A stretch of 64,000 nt of DNA. Source: Cenococcum geophilum. Its lineage: Eukaryota. How positions within the stretch are numbered: the stretch's first letter is position 1; each line of letters starts with the position of its first letter. Below are positions 25,049 through 36,732 of this stretch, piece by piece. The position numbers and the translations under genes are program-made. The stretch lies in the NCBI GenBank assembly GCA_050273025.1, contig CP158635.1:26474001-26538000 (forward strand). Reading direction: 5' to 3'. The notes under the pieces were generated by a model. That model saw nothing but the letters and a program-made list of their open reading frames with translations. It made no database searches and was not told the DNA's origin.

Positions 25049-28000
25049 CTAAGCACCACCAAGCTCAGCTTCTAAGTCTTCCGCTCTACGGACCCCTTGG
25101 ACAGGAGTATGATCATGACCTCCGATCGGCTCCTCGCATTGCGGACATCGAGCTTCTTCCATTGGCATTCCACAATCTCCCACCGTGAACTGTGATTTTA
25201 ATGGTAGTTAGTACTTTCGGGCCAAGTTTTCTAGAGGTCATAAACCGAGAGGGTCTTACAGGATGATTATTCCGACAATAATACCAATGACCTGTCCCCG
25301 AAAACTGCCTCGCCATAGCTCTATAAACCTCCCGCTTTTCCTCTGTTGTCACAAAACTATAAAAAGTCCCACCATTAACCAACCTCTTCGCCTTTTCAGT
25401 ATCGTCCTTCAGATACGCCAACGTGCCTGGATATCGCGAACAGAGAGTTTCACATTCCTCTAAACTCTCCCTCTCCCGCAGACGCGTTGAGGTCTCGGTG
25501 GCCTCGTCGACTGGTTGGCCTTGCGCTCGGGAATTGCTGAGCGAGAGCATGGAGAATAGCGCGTGGTAGACCCGCGCTTCCACTTCTTGTTGTGGGAATT
25601 TGGCATTTCGACTGGAATTTATGAGTGAGAGACATCTGTCCATAAGCCCTTTAATCCGGGTTGCTACCGCACTGCGCGACGCCGAACGGATACGTGAATC
25701 GATGGTGTTGTTACTGTAGATTGTATCAAAATCCCAGAGGATGGCCCAGCCGAGTCGAAGACTAAAACATTCGCCGCGGAATTGGAATCCGGTCTGGATG
25801 ACCGACTCATCAAGCTCGAAGGCATTTGTTGTTATGTCCCGCTGTCTAGCGACCGCGGAGGCGAATATACTATTCACCCTCCCAAACGGCTGTTCTGTCT
25901 TCGCCACAGATTTGGTGAATTTGTTGATACGTGTTTGGAGCCGGGTTCCTTCTGCTTGGTACGCCTTCAGGGAACTCTTGACTTGATCCAAGTCCCTGGA
26001 CTCGCCAACTGCCTGTGACCACTCCAGCATGAACTCCCTTCTCTCACCCTCAATCTTCGTCTCTCGTTTCTGAATATCCTCCACCAACTCCGCACACCTT
26101 AAATTCGCCTGTGCGACAAACCTCCTCGTTGCCTCGTCCAGCAATGCCTTCTTAACGATCCGGTTATAGCGGTCGATATCTCTAAGTGGCATGCGACACT
26201 CTGGACATCCTTTAGGCGCGCTCCCGGAAGTTACTACCCGCTGCGACAATTTTGGGCAGACGATCTTGCCCGTTCGGGAGTCGGTGACATAGTGTTGAGT
26301 CAGTTCCATAATGCCATCAAGGCTGGAAACCGTGTAAAAGTGTCCACAGGAGAGGAAGATCAATGGATTCTCGTCAATCTCGATTTGGCCGTATTTCTCA
26401 AACATAATAAAATCGACATTTTGCTCAAGGATATCCGGCGCACAGCAGATCCGGCAAAACTTGGAATCCGGACACAGCTCCCCACAAACCCCTGGACATT
26501 GATGTCCACAAGCTACCAGCTTCTTTTCGCAGCGACGATCGCAAGGAATGATATCACATGGGACCGCGCACGGCATACTGCAGCGATCGCGTCGGTGACC
26601 ACAATTCCATCCACATTTCTCCGCGCAAGGGGGACACGGATCGCTACACGTCTTGGGGCATCTGTTATGTCTGCAACGTACCTCACAGGGGCGATTGCAG
26701 GGAGAACAGGGAGTGCTAGAATGACATGGTTGATCGCAGGTGTGCGAACAGGTCGTGAACAATCGTCCGCAGGGAATGTTGCAAGAGCCGTGATCATCAA
26801 TCTGTCTACACCTCCAGCACGGCTTTCGGCAGCTGTGCCCGCAAGGCAGGATGCTGTCGCATGGATGCGAGCATCTGATATCATTCGTGCTTTCACGACA
26901 CCGTATCGTGATATTATGGCCACAGCCGGGCATTTCTCGCGCCACAGGCTGTTCGCATTTCATGCCGGCAAGATTCCCCATATGTTGGCATTCCACCTCC
27001 TTGGCCGTGTGTCCGCATGGAAGCACAACATTTAGGACCTTTTCGGGACATTCCCCGCACGGGGCATTGCATTTCCTCGAACACAAATGTTCACACTCCC
27101 TCACCCTTGTACACAACTCCATACACTTAACCGCTTCGTGCAGCGTCGTGGAATGGCACTTAACCGCGCAACTATGTCCGCAGCTTAACCTCAACCCACA
27201 TTTCTCCGCACATCCACCTTCTGGGGCGTGGATGGCGAAGTCGTCAGGAGAGGAGACGTAGATTTTGTTATTGGGGTGACGGGAGCAGTGGAGCTCTAGT
27301 TTTGGACCGATATTGCGATTTTTTTCTAGCAGTTGGATGACGGATGACCACATTGGGACGCGGGAGGAGGTATTGGCGTCGCCGATTATGTACATACCGT
27401 GTTTGGCGCGACTGGAAGTGGCAGGTAAGTTACTGACTTACCATTGGATAGGCAGGTGTGGACTAGGAAGTTCCAATGCTTACCTCAAGAGCACGTTGAT
27501 TCTGTTAGGCGTCTTGAGAAACCCGCAATTTTGATATATGTTGCTTCGTACTAGGGAGACTATGACAACGGTTGCCTCTTCGCCCTGACAAACAAGCAGT
27601 GTGGGTATTTAGTTGCCTAAGGCAATTGAGTTGCAAGTTCTCTTACCTGAAAATTGTCCACGCTAGCCATCCTCAACTCATCCAACAACTTCCCTTTTCC
27701 CACCATCTGCTGCTGCTGCTGCTGTCGCCCTTGCGGCGGCTGCTCCTTCCTACCACCGCTGTCTCTCCCATCCGCCTCCACCTCCGAGGCATCCAGATCC
27801 GCCAAATCCCTCTCCCCAATAATCAGCTCCATCAGCTCCCCCAACATATCCCTCAATATTCTCAACTGCCCCACATAAGGTGTCAACACTGCAATTTCAC
27901 CAGGTTTATACTTCCCTTGTCTACAGAGATGCCTCACCAACGCCGTCACCATTTTGGCCTCCCACATATTCGTCTTACTTTGCATCGGCTCTTCAGGATC

Positions 28001-31000
28001 ACTGGCGTCTTCTATGTTGCGGTGGTCAAGCCAGAATAACCTGCGTTTCATACCGGGAATTTCAGGGTACAAAGTCGTGTCAGGGTGGTCTCGGAGTTGA
28101 GGGTAAAGAGTCTCGCGAACGAGGGTGGAGATTGTAGGATGCATTCGTCGCTGATGATCTAGCTGCGCGATAGGAAATCGGCCCCCTCCCCCTCTTTCCC
28201 CCTCTCCTCCGTTCATGTTCCAGTCTCCGAAACGCGAGTTAGCTAGTCGTTCGAATAGTGATTCATCGAGGTTGTATTTGGGCCCTCCGCGGTCGTATTC
28301 CATCGAGAGCTTAAGGTTCGAAATTCGTGGACGCAATTGAAGATGATCCCCAATCAATATCGCATGCTGAATCGACGGCAACAGCACAGTGAGAACATGC
28401 GCTTCCAGTACCTCTCCAGCTTCCTCACAGATCAGAACCTTAGCGCGAAGACCACGCAAAAGATCAGAATTATTTGCCAGGCCGATGGTTGTTACTCCCA
28501 CAATATGAAATCGGTCGAGAAATTGCGTATATGATTCGTTGAATAGAGATGTGTATAGTTGCTTCGCCGAGGAGTGTCTATGCATTAGGTCGTGGAACTG
28601 TTGCGAAAGTTCAGCGAAAGCGGAGTCGTGCCAGTATTGGTATAGACGAGTGCGCTCCAAGTTCGTCAGCGTCCAGATCTCCACAAGGAGCAGCTGGTCG
28701 ATAGAGCGTTCGACGTCACCACCGCTCCAGTCACCAGGTGCATCACTGGAAACCCAAGCTTCCATCGCAGCATCATCCCCAAACTCGGAATCAAGGCTAA
28801 CCCCACCACCTTCAGATCTGCCACCAAATATGCCCTCCGCCTGCACCGGAAACCTCTTCTTCAAAAACCCCTTCACTACCCTCGCACTGCTCTCTTCAGC
28901 CTGTCTGCACACCTTCTGAATTTCCGCACTCAACTCCCCCAAACTCGCCCGACAATCACTTATCCTCTTCCCCAAACCTCTGATACGTGGAATTTGTCCA
29001 TTTTTCTTGTAGTTTTCGAGTGAAAGGGCTTCCAGACGGGGAGATGGACTACGAGAGCCAATTCGTAAGATATTGGTGACACCAGAATTGAGAAGCTCGT
29101 GGAGAAACTGATCGAGTGCATGATTGGTGTAGCAGCTACGCAGTTCAGTTAGCTGTTTAATTCCTAGATATTAGTGGGTGGGGAGGTGAGTTTAGGATTG
29201 TTGATTGAATAATCAAGGATGATAGAATTACAACCAAAACGACTTACACACACAAAATCGGTCCTAACCCCAACAAGTCCCTATTCTTCAGCAAGCACCT
29301 TGCGATCTGTATTCCTACATACGACTTCCCAGTCCCTGGAGGACCCTGGATAAGGGCTACTTCATGCCTCAACGCTGAAACCATCGCAACCGCCTGGCCG
29401 GTATCCAGAGTTGTTACTTCAGAGAGCTGTGTGGATAACATGTGGGGATCGTGGGAGAGTGAGATAGTTAGTGGTGTGGTAGTACTGTCGCTGTTATTGT
29501 TCGTGGATGTGGGGATACAGGAGAGGTCGAGAGTAGCGTTGTTTAGAAGGTATGCGGGTGGAGGGACAATGATTTTTCCGTCAGTATAGGTTGTCGCTGG
29601 GTCCTGAGTAAATGTGTTGTCGTGCACACGGGGAGCTAACCAGGTAGTAAATGGAATATGAGCTGGGTCCTTGTGTAGAGATTGAAGACATCGCAGAACT
29701 CCCTCGAAGGAATTATATAACACAGAGGGAAACTCAACGAGGATGAGCGGTCTGGATGACGAAAATGAGCGTCTGTTGTTGCTGGCTAGGTAGACAAGAT
29801 TAGACAGATCGACCTTACAGGTCGGACTTGCTAGGCGAAGTGTAATCATCGCTCTTTTAGCATTGCTCGCTAGATCACGAACATATCGGATTCCCGAGGG
29901 GCTGTGCTGCTCATTATGGTCCAAGGTGCAAATCTCCCTCGTTGAAACTAGCAAGAAAATCACAGTCATATCCTCCTCCTCTTCTCCATTAATGAGGGCT
30001 AATATTGCCCCCCCTTCCCTCAACCCCCGGGACTCGCGCCACCATTGTTTTCTCCTCGTCAAATTTAGATTCCTTGCCCTACGGACCTGGTCAAATTCTA
30101 TCTCAATCCCCACTCCCTTTATCGAGTCAGACTTGATTCGCTGGATCTCAACGCCAAAGTAGATCCGAACTGGAGTTGGACTGCCATCGCGCAGGATTTT
30201 GCGTTTGATTCGCCAATCGGGATTGTGAACAAGGGTGTTCCAATTTTCTAAAATCAAGCGGATGGAGTCACGGAGTAAACCCGAAGTATCCTCTCGTAGA
30301 AGGCGAAACTGGGAGTCAAGGAGTCGAAGAATACCCGTTTCGTGATGTTTGGATGGGGAATTGGGATTATGCCGCGTGGGAAGGAAATCTAGTCGCTGAT
30401 CGCAGAGGATTTCGGAGAGCGTGGGTAAGATTCTAATACCCGAAATGAGTGCGTGGTCATTGTCATGGCGGGGACCGAGTTGGGAGAGCTCGCCAGGAAG
30501 ATCGACATGGAGCTCGGGAGGGCACCATTCCGGCCGCTGCTGTCGAGAATCAGTTGTGGTACGAATGTTAGCTGCGTTGGAGGCAGAGATAGTGTCCCCC
30601 ATGGAAAGTATGTCTTTGATCTTGAGGATATTCTCATGTGTAGAACGGACGTCGAGACTTGCAAGATCACGGTTAATGTCCTCGACGTGGTAACAACCGC
30701 AGAGCTGTTCGACGACCCCCCTAAACTCTGTCTTGATCGCAGCCCCCTGGTTAAGCGTCAAAGTACTAAGCAGCGCCTTCGTTACCAGCAACAACGCTTC
30801 TTCAACCTGTAACATTTCATCCTTAGCAATACTCCCGTTTCTGCCCTCCACTTCAGATATCATCTGAACTAAACAGTTCGCTATCTTCTTAAAAAACTCA
30901 ACCCCCCTATTACCATCGTGTCCATAAACGACATTATATATAGTTCCCACCGCTTTCTCAAGCACAAGCGAGTGCCTAATCTCCTCGTGCGAGATAAGGC

Positions 31001-31681
31001 GAAGAAACAGGATGCAATGAGGGTCGAACATGGGATTTAGAACGGTGTAGGACGGGGAGAAGTCTGTTTCGACGATTTGTCGGATTCGGGCGAGGCCGCC
31101 TTCAGTGGCGAGGTTGTTGACAAACGTTTGTCTTGACTCTGTGGAGATAGTGACTGCTGAAAGGCCTGTTTGAAGGAATTCTTGCATTTGAGCTGCCGAT
31201 AGTTCTGACGCTGCCCGCTGGTTGAAGCTGTTGAAGCTGTTGAAGCTGTTCGATATGGCAGGTCAACTCAAGGTTCTGCTTAGAGGTCCTTGTTGGGACT
31301 AGATGTCTCATCCACTGATGGTGCAACTACTGACCTGCGTGTCCAGTTCATCTCGCTTCCCATCTCAGTAGCACGGCCACGACGTTGTGGAAATCCTCTA
31401 ACGGAAGCCGCGGACCTACCAAGACCAGATCCACTTCCTCGCCTACCACGCCCTCCTCTCCCGCCATCATCCCCTCGGTCGGAATTTGCATTAGCAGCTC
31501 CCCTACTACCACCACCAACGGTTGAATTCCCACGACCAGGGGCTCTTGGTTTAGGCCCCCGACCCCGATGAGCACCACGACCAGCTCTTTCGCCCGCTGC
31601 ACCACCGCGACCGCGGCCTCTTGTGTGACCTGCAACTGCGTTGCGGTGACCTCGCGGGTTGTTGCTGCTGCTGGTGTCCAT
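25049..31681 (-). CDS. ZNFX1: NFX1-type zinc finger-containing protein 1-like RNA helicase / RZ-finger E3 ligase. Exons 31681-31335, 31245-29248, 29135-27647, 27584-27484, 27411-25260, 25189-25049 (6228 nt, 2075 aa)
   Basis: Five GT-AG introns join the ORF-track segments in frame and rebuild split motifs (ILCV|CYTNHALDQFL, SVDNFQ|GEE, VLLS|RAKHG, NNHP|FTVGDCG). Upf1-like SF1 motifs QGPPGTGKS, EEAGE, IGDHLQLRP, SLFERL, LTPYVGQ; NF-X1 Cys/His fingers; RING-like LSCGH...CPECR; C-terminal RZ finger. No RIP damage seen. Confidence 0.93.
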
Positions 31682-32102
31682 ACGCGGGTGTCGGCTGGCT
31701 GGAGTACTGAATTGATAGATCAGTCCGGTCAAGGAAAATAACTGAATCGGACGGAGTGAGAAAGGCCTACTAAAAAGAGCGGGGAAGGGTTGGATAAACT
31801 GAACCAGTAATTTAAGCACGGCGGACAAGCGAAGCGAACTTACGCGCTAAGCACTGCGTACTTCAAGACCTCAAACGTCTTTCCGACCTCTCTCTATGAA
31901 GATCTTTCTGTCTTGAAATTTCAGTTGTTTTAGTTAGAAGTACGGGGATTTGTCATTGTCAAAACGAATTAGAATCCTTGGCATGTAGATCCCCATTTTT
32001 TGCACCTAAACTTACGTGTAAAGCCGTGAGAACTCTATTTTCCATATTAAGATTGCGTTATGATTAATATATAGTTCCTGCCGTTAACGTAGATGATAGG
32101 GT

Positions 32103-32525
32103 TATGACGGCGTTATGACGGTGGATCTACCGCCTTCCTGATGTAGATGGAACACCAAAATACTGCCAAATACCTCAGAAGTAGCCGTTAGGTCGTGCAC
32201 GATAGTTAGGTTGCCCAACAGATTAACTCCAATTGTATTCTGAGATTCACTACAAAAAAGAGAACTATCTAGGTAGGGACTGTAGTCCTTTAAATACACA
32301 ATACTGCGCCTAAGAAATATACTGAGAACGTTGGTACGTCAGTACGTCGGTACGTCCCACGTTCCCACGTTCCAACGTTCCCACGTTCCGAACTCGTAAC
32401 GTGACTGGCCACGTGACTCGGCTTCCCCTCGTCCCATCGGTTCCAGCGCCTCCCGTGCTGTCTCAACCAACCTGTTCATGTCTCTCCTTAGTAGTCGTAC
32501 TACTGCCGATATAAAGTCCCTAACA
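32103..32525 (-). mobile_element. Solo/partial LTR related to the element A LTR, upstream of ZNFX1
   Basis: Reverse complement starts tgttagggac and shares blocks with LTR A (gtgtatttaa..agtccctacctagatagttc, gaatacaatt.gagttaatctgttgggcaacc). Left boundary and TSD not resolved. Confidence 0.8.
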
Positions 32526-32996
32526 TTATCTATTCTATCTATATTAATAGAGGCTAAGCGAGTGTTTTTAGGTATACGGCGAATAGTCTTATAGGACTGT
32601 TGTCACGGCACTGGCAGAAAATGGCAGAACTTTGCAGTCCTCCGTACTGGCAAGTTGCCACAGATTGCCGCATATTGCGGTCACGTGACGCGAAGATCTT
32701 ATAAAACATCGAGCGGCGCTGCTCTTCTTCTCCTTTCCTTTCCCTAGCTTTAGATCCTCGTTTATAGACAATCCAATCGTACAGGCTTGCGCGTCCCTCT
32801 TACAGTACTCGTGCCTCGATTAACTAAGTCGCTAACATTATTTAAAGCTTATCTACCTTTCTTCCTAAGAAGGAACTTAAATTCTTATTTATAGACAATC
32901 TAATTATATAGGCTTACGCGTCCCTCTTGCCGTACTCATGCCTTAATTAATTAAGTCGCTAATATTATCTAAAGCTTATCTACTTTTCTTCCTAAA

Positions 32997-33344
32997 TGTC
33001 ACGGGACACCCCCGTGACACCTTGCACACGTCCACCTGTTTCCACCGACTCAGCAATTAGAGACCAACCGCGAAATGGCAATCTAACGGCAATCTACGGT
33101 ATTCTGCCATATTCTGCCAAGTTCCACCAAATTCTGCCAAGTTTTGCCAGGACTACGACCTAAACCTTATTCTGCCCATACACGTGTTAACCAAGCAACC
33201 AAGTCAACGATATATGCCCTTTCTTCCCGTTTTCCTACTTTCTTTCCCTACGTAACGTCTTGACTTCCTTACACAGTTTATATACATAGCTTAATAATAT
33301 CTACCTTGCTATATATTATCGTCGCTTATACTCACTTCGTGACA
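32997..33344. mobile_element. Solo LTR (348 bp) in the 5' leader of D
   Basis: TGTCACG...CGTGACA ends, TSD CTAAA on both sides. Confidence 0.85.
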
Positions 33345-33735
33345 CTAAAAAGGGACTTAAAAATATTTATAGATTATAAATAAGAATAAAATATAGAAGT
33401 AGACCTAAAGACTATTACTAAAACTTAAAGAATAGAATAAAACTAGAAGAATAGAAAATAATAATAAGATCTATAGAATATATATAGACTAAAACCCCTA
33501 TAGAATCTTACTAAAAGTTACCCTAATAACTATACCACTATGCTAAGAAATATAGTAGCTAGTAAAGTAGCTATAGGACCCTTAAATACCTCTAATAGTA
33601 AAATAGTAACTAACTTAAACTCCTAGGTAGAGCTTATAGTAGCTAATATTAAAATTAAATAACTTTAAGAGCTACTTAAAGCTAGAGAACCCCCTATACC
33701 TAGTAAGGAGTTATTAAATACCTAGAGACTTACTA

Positions 33736-36261
33736 TAGTAATATACACGACTAGCTTCCACCCCCCCCTTTAGCGAGTGCTCTAAAATTTTAAATTCGGT
33801 ACGCGCATCCAATCTCGCCAGTAATTATAGTGAACGGTTATAGCTATATATAAGGACCATTTTGGTTACCATAGAGAATTATTTTAGTTGGCTGGGAGAA
33901 TTAAATTTAGAACTTGCTTAATAACGCTCCCCTAATATATATTTCCTTAACGTACGCTTCCTTTTTTACTTATACTTCCGCTAAAACGCGAATATAAAGC
34001 CGTCTCTGCAATTGCTAATAAAATTTAGTAATATTATATAGGTAGAAACCTATAATATTAACGAAGATTATACGGAGGCAGCGTTTAAAAGTTTCGATCG
34101 CCCCTCCCTATTACGCTAGCCGTTAGTGGCTTAGTGTGGCGTAAGCGAGGCTTGGCGCGCACGGTGGGGTTACTACTAATTCAACCCTCCTCTCAATACT
34201 ATACTGTATAGTCTTCAAAATAGATCAAATTCTTACTATTTATTATAGTCAATCATTACAATATTGCCACTAGGGCTTAGGCCCTAACTATAAAGATTTC
34301 TGGGTCAACAAACGCCTAAATTACTGCAGTTTGTGGTATGAGCGAAGCTGTAATTAGGAAGCTCGTTTAGAAGGCTTATTCGCGCGGCTTTAACAAAACC
34401 AAAGACCGCAAGATCCTTAATATCTGTCTTAGAGATTCGGCCTAAATAGGTCGTCCTTTAAAACTTACATCTGTAAAGATTTAAGAGGTTATTGATAAGG
34501 TTCGTTATAACCGTTATAGTAGAGAAAAATCAACCGCCTAACTCGCTCTTAAGGTTGACCTTAGCGCCACCATAGTATGGCGAATTCTTAAGCTTATAAA
34601 CTTTTAAAAGACAAAGCTAATACATAAGCCAGGCCTAAGCGTAAAGATAAAGAAGGATAGGCTTAAGTTCTACCTTCGGTATAAGGACTAGAAGTTAGAG
34701 AATTAGAAGCGTGTTATCTAGAGTAATAAAACCTTAGTTATTCTTAGCTACCGTCTTAAAGGCTACCGCGTATAGCGAACTCTAAAAGAACGCTTCTTAA
34801 AGTCTATAATAAGAGAGCGCTAAAAGGGCTATTAAGAGTTTATGTTTTAGGGCTGCTTCTTATATAATAGGAAAGGTCCCTACTATATTTAGGTTCTAGA
34901 GATAAAACAACAGCGAGCTACTACTACTGCAGATCTTATTAAAATTAACGCCAAGCTGGAAGATATTAAGAGGAAAGAATGGGAGTTAAATACACTAATA
35001 AGTTATATAGGACTTTGGAATCTTAGAGGCAAGAAGCCTATATAGAAATGGAATAAATCTTATGGTAAGCTTACAAGAGGGGATAAAAAAGGAGTTAATT
35101 AGTATTACTACGCCACGTACATATTAAAGCCCAAGCTTATTCCTTTTGCTTAAGCTTATAAAAAGGATTATCCTAATATACTTATCTAAGAAGACAAAGC
35201 CCCCTCTTATATTAATACCTATTATAATCTTTTTTTCCAACTCAGCGAGGTACAGCGGCTTTTTTAGTATAGTAACTCTCCTAATATAAATATAATTAAG
35301 CCCGCATGGCCCTATCTTAAAAGAACTACCATAAAGAACGGCGTACTTACGGCTATGAAGCCTGCTAAAAAGGTATAAAAGAAGGCCTAGAAGGATCTTA
35401 AACAGTAGCGAATATAGAGGTAGATTAAGAGAATTCCTTAATATATATAAGAGATAATAAGGCTTAAGGGAGGCAACGAGTATCGCAAGGGCTTATTAGA
35501 TATACCACGCTATACTAGTACTCTAGACCATAAAGTTCTATAGAACGATTAGGAGGATATATTAGATATTAGGGAAGAAGAGAAGGAGCTATAGCTAAAG
35601 GAAAAGGCAAAGGTAAAGCCATAAAAGCGTGCTCTAAAGAAGGCAGCGGTAGAGAGCGCTGCTAGCGCTACTTTGGCAGCTATTTTTGCTATATTAGATA
35701 GCAAAAAACACTATAAGAACTACGCTAAGAACCACCTTAAGAGCTACCTAATAAGCCACGACAAGTTCTACGCCATCGCCTTCCAAATGAGGTCCTTAAT
35801 AAGAATTTTGTTGGTCTAGAGGAGCCGCTATAGCAAGTGGCTAAGCCATTAAAGAAGTTATAGCGACGAGGTGGTAGGCGGAAGAAGTAGTAGTATATAT
35901 CTTATATATCTACACTATATAAGTATTAATTATAATATTATCTATCTACACTTTCTTGTTATAGAGAGCCTAAATCCATCTACTACTCCAGCTTTCTTCC
36001 TAATTAGGACGCCAAGGCATAGTGACGTGGCGTTTTTGGGGGCGTTTTTGTGGCTTATTAGTGGCGCAAGGGCGATCGAAACTTTTAAACGCTGCCTCCG
36101 TAATACTATAGAATTAAAGTTCTTATAGCCAAGCATACGGCTTTACTACAATTACTATGTACAGTTAGTGGTAACTAGGCGAGATTAGATACGCGTACCG
36201 AATTTAAAAATTTAGAGCCCTCGCCAAAGGAGGGGGTAGAAGCTAGTTATATACATTACTA
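33736..36261 (+). mobile_element. Tc1/mariner DNA transposon E1 (DD34E-type), RIP-degraded
   Basis: ~90-bp TIRs (tagtaat.tac..ctagcttc.accccc...), TA TSD. Transposase ~34200-35550 with VI*SNKT (=VIWSDET), *EDKAP, SPNINIIKPAW (=SPDMNMIEPAW), LKGGNEY. Confidence 0.93.
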
Positions 36262-36429
36262 TATAGTCCTTAAGGCTCTAGCTTAATATATAGTATTAGT
36301 ATTATTATAGTCCGCGAAGGTTATAGACCCCCTATTGCTTACTAACGGAACTAATCCTATATTTAATAATTAGAAGCTTTAACTATAGGATAAGCTTAAA
36401 ATTAATACAAACTACTTCTCTACTACTAT

Positions 36430-36732
36430 CCCATGCGCCGTTAAGGCGTACGCCGAAAGAGGCCCGTGCGCGAATACTAAAAACATTAACACGCTCCTCC
36501 AAGGACTTAATTCGGCTATACTCTACGCAATATAAAGACCTTACCGGCAGGAACACCTCAGCCCAATTAGGACACGATAGAGTCAATTATATATCAATTT
36601 TGAGATTTATTATAATGATTTAGCGCCTTAATTTATTGATCAAATTCATAACTTTATTTTGTAAAGACTCGATTCGATATAGAGACTCTGGTTAGTTCGC
36701 TTATGCGTACGCCTTTCTCAACGGCGCATAGC
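36430..36732. mobile_element. Small non-autonomous TIR element related to the adjacent piggyBac-like element
   Basis: Imperfect TIRs cccatgcgccgttaaggcgtacgc / gcgtacgcc...caacggcgcatagc, flanked by AT on both sides; the TIR motif recurs inverted at 40147-40163. Confidence 0.65.

Noticed and set aside
26292..27035. 247-aa plus-strand ORF and other short ORFs overlapping ZNFX1
   Set aside because: Shadow frames of the Cys-rich, GC-balanced coding sequence; no recognisable domains.
31682..31828. Upstream extension of ZNFX1 exon 1 in the ORF track
   Set aside because: Starts at a non-ATG codon and looks like UTR; the first ATG (31681) is the more plausible eukaryotic start.
32601..33160. MITE defined by inverted ggcagaa repeats
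   Set aside because: Better explained as the D 5' LTR plus an independent solo LTR with its own CTAAA TSD.
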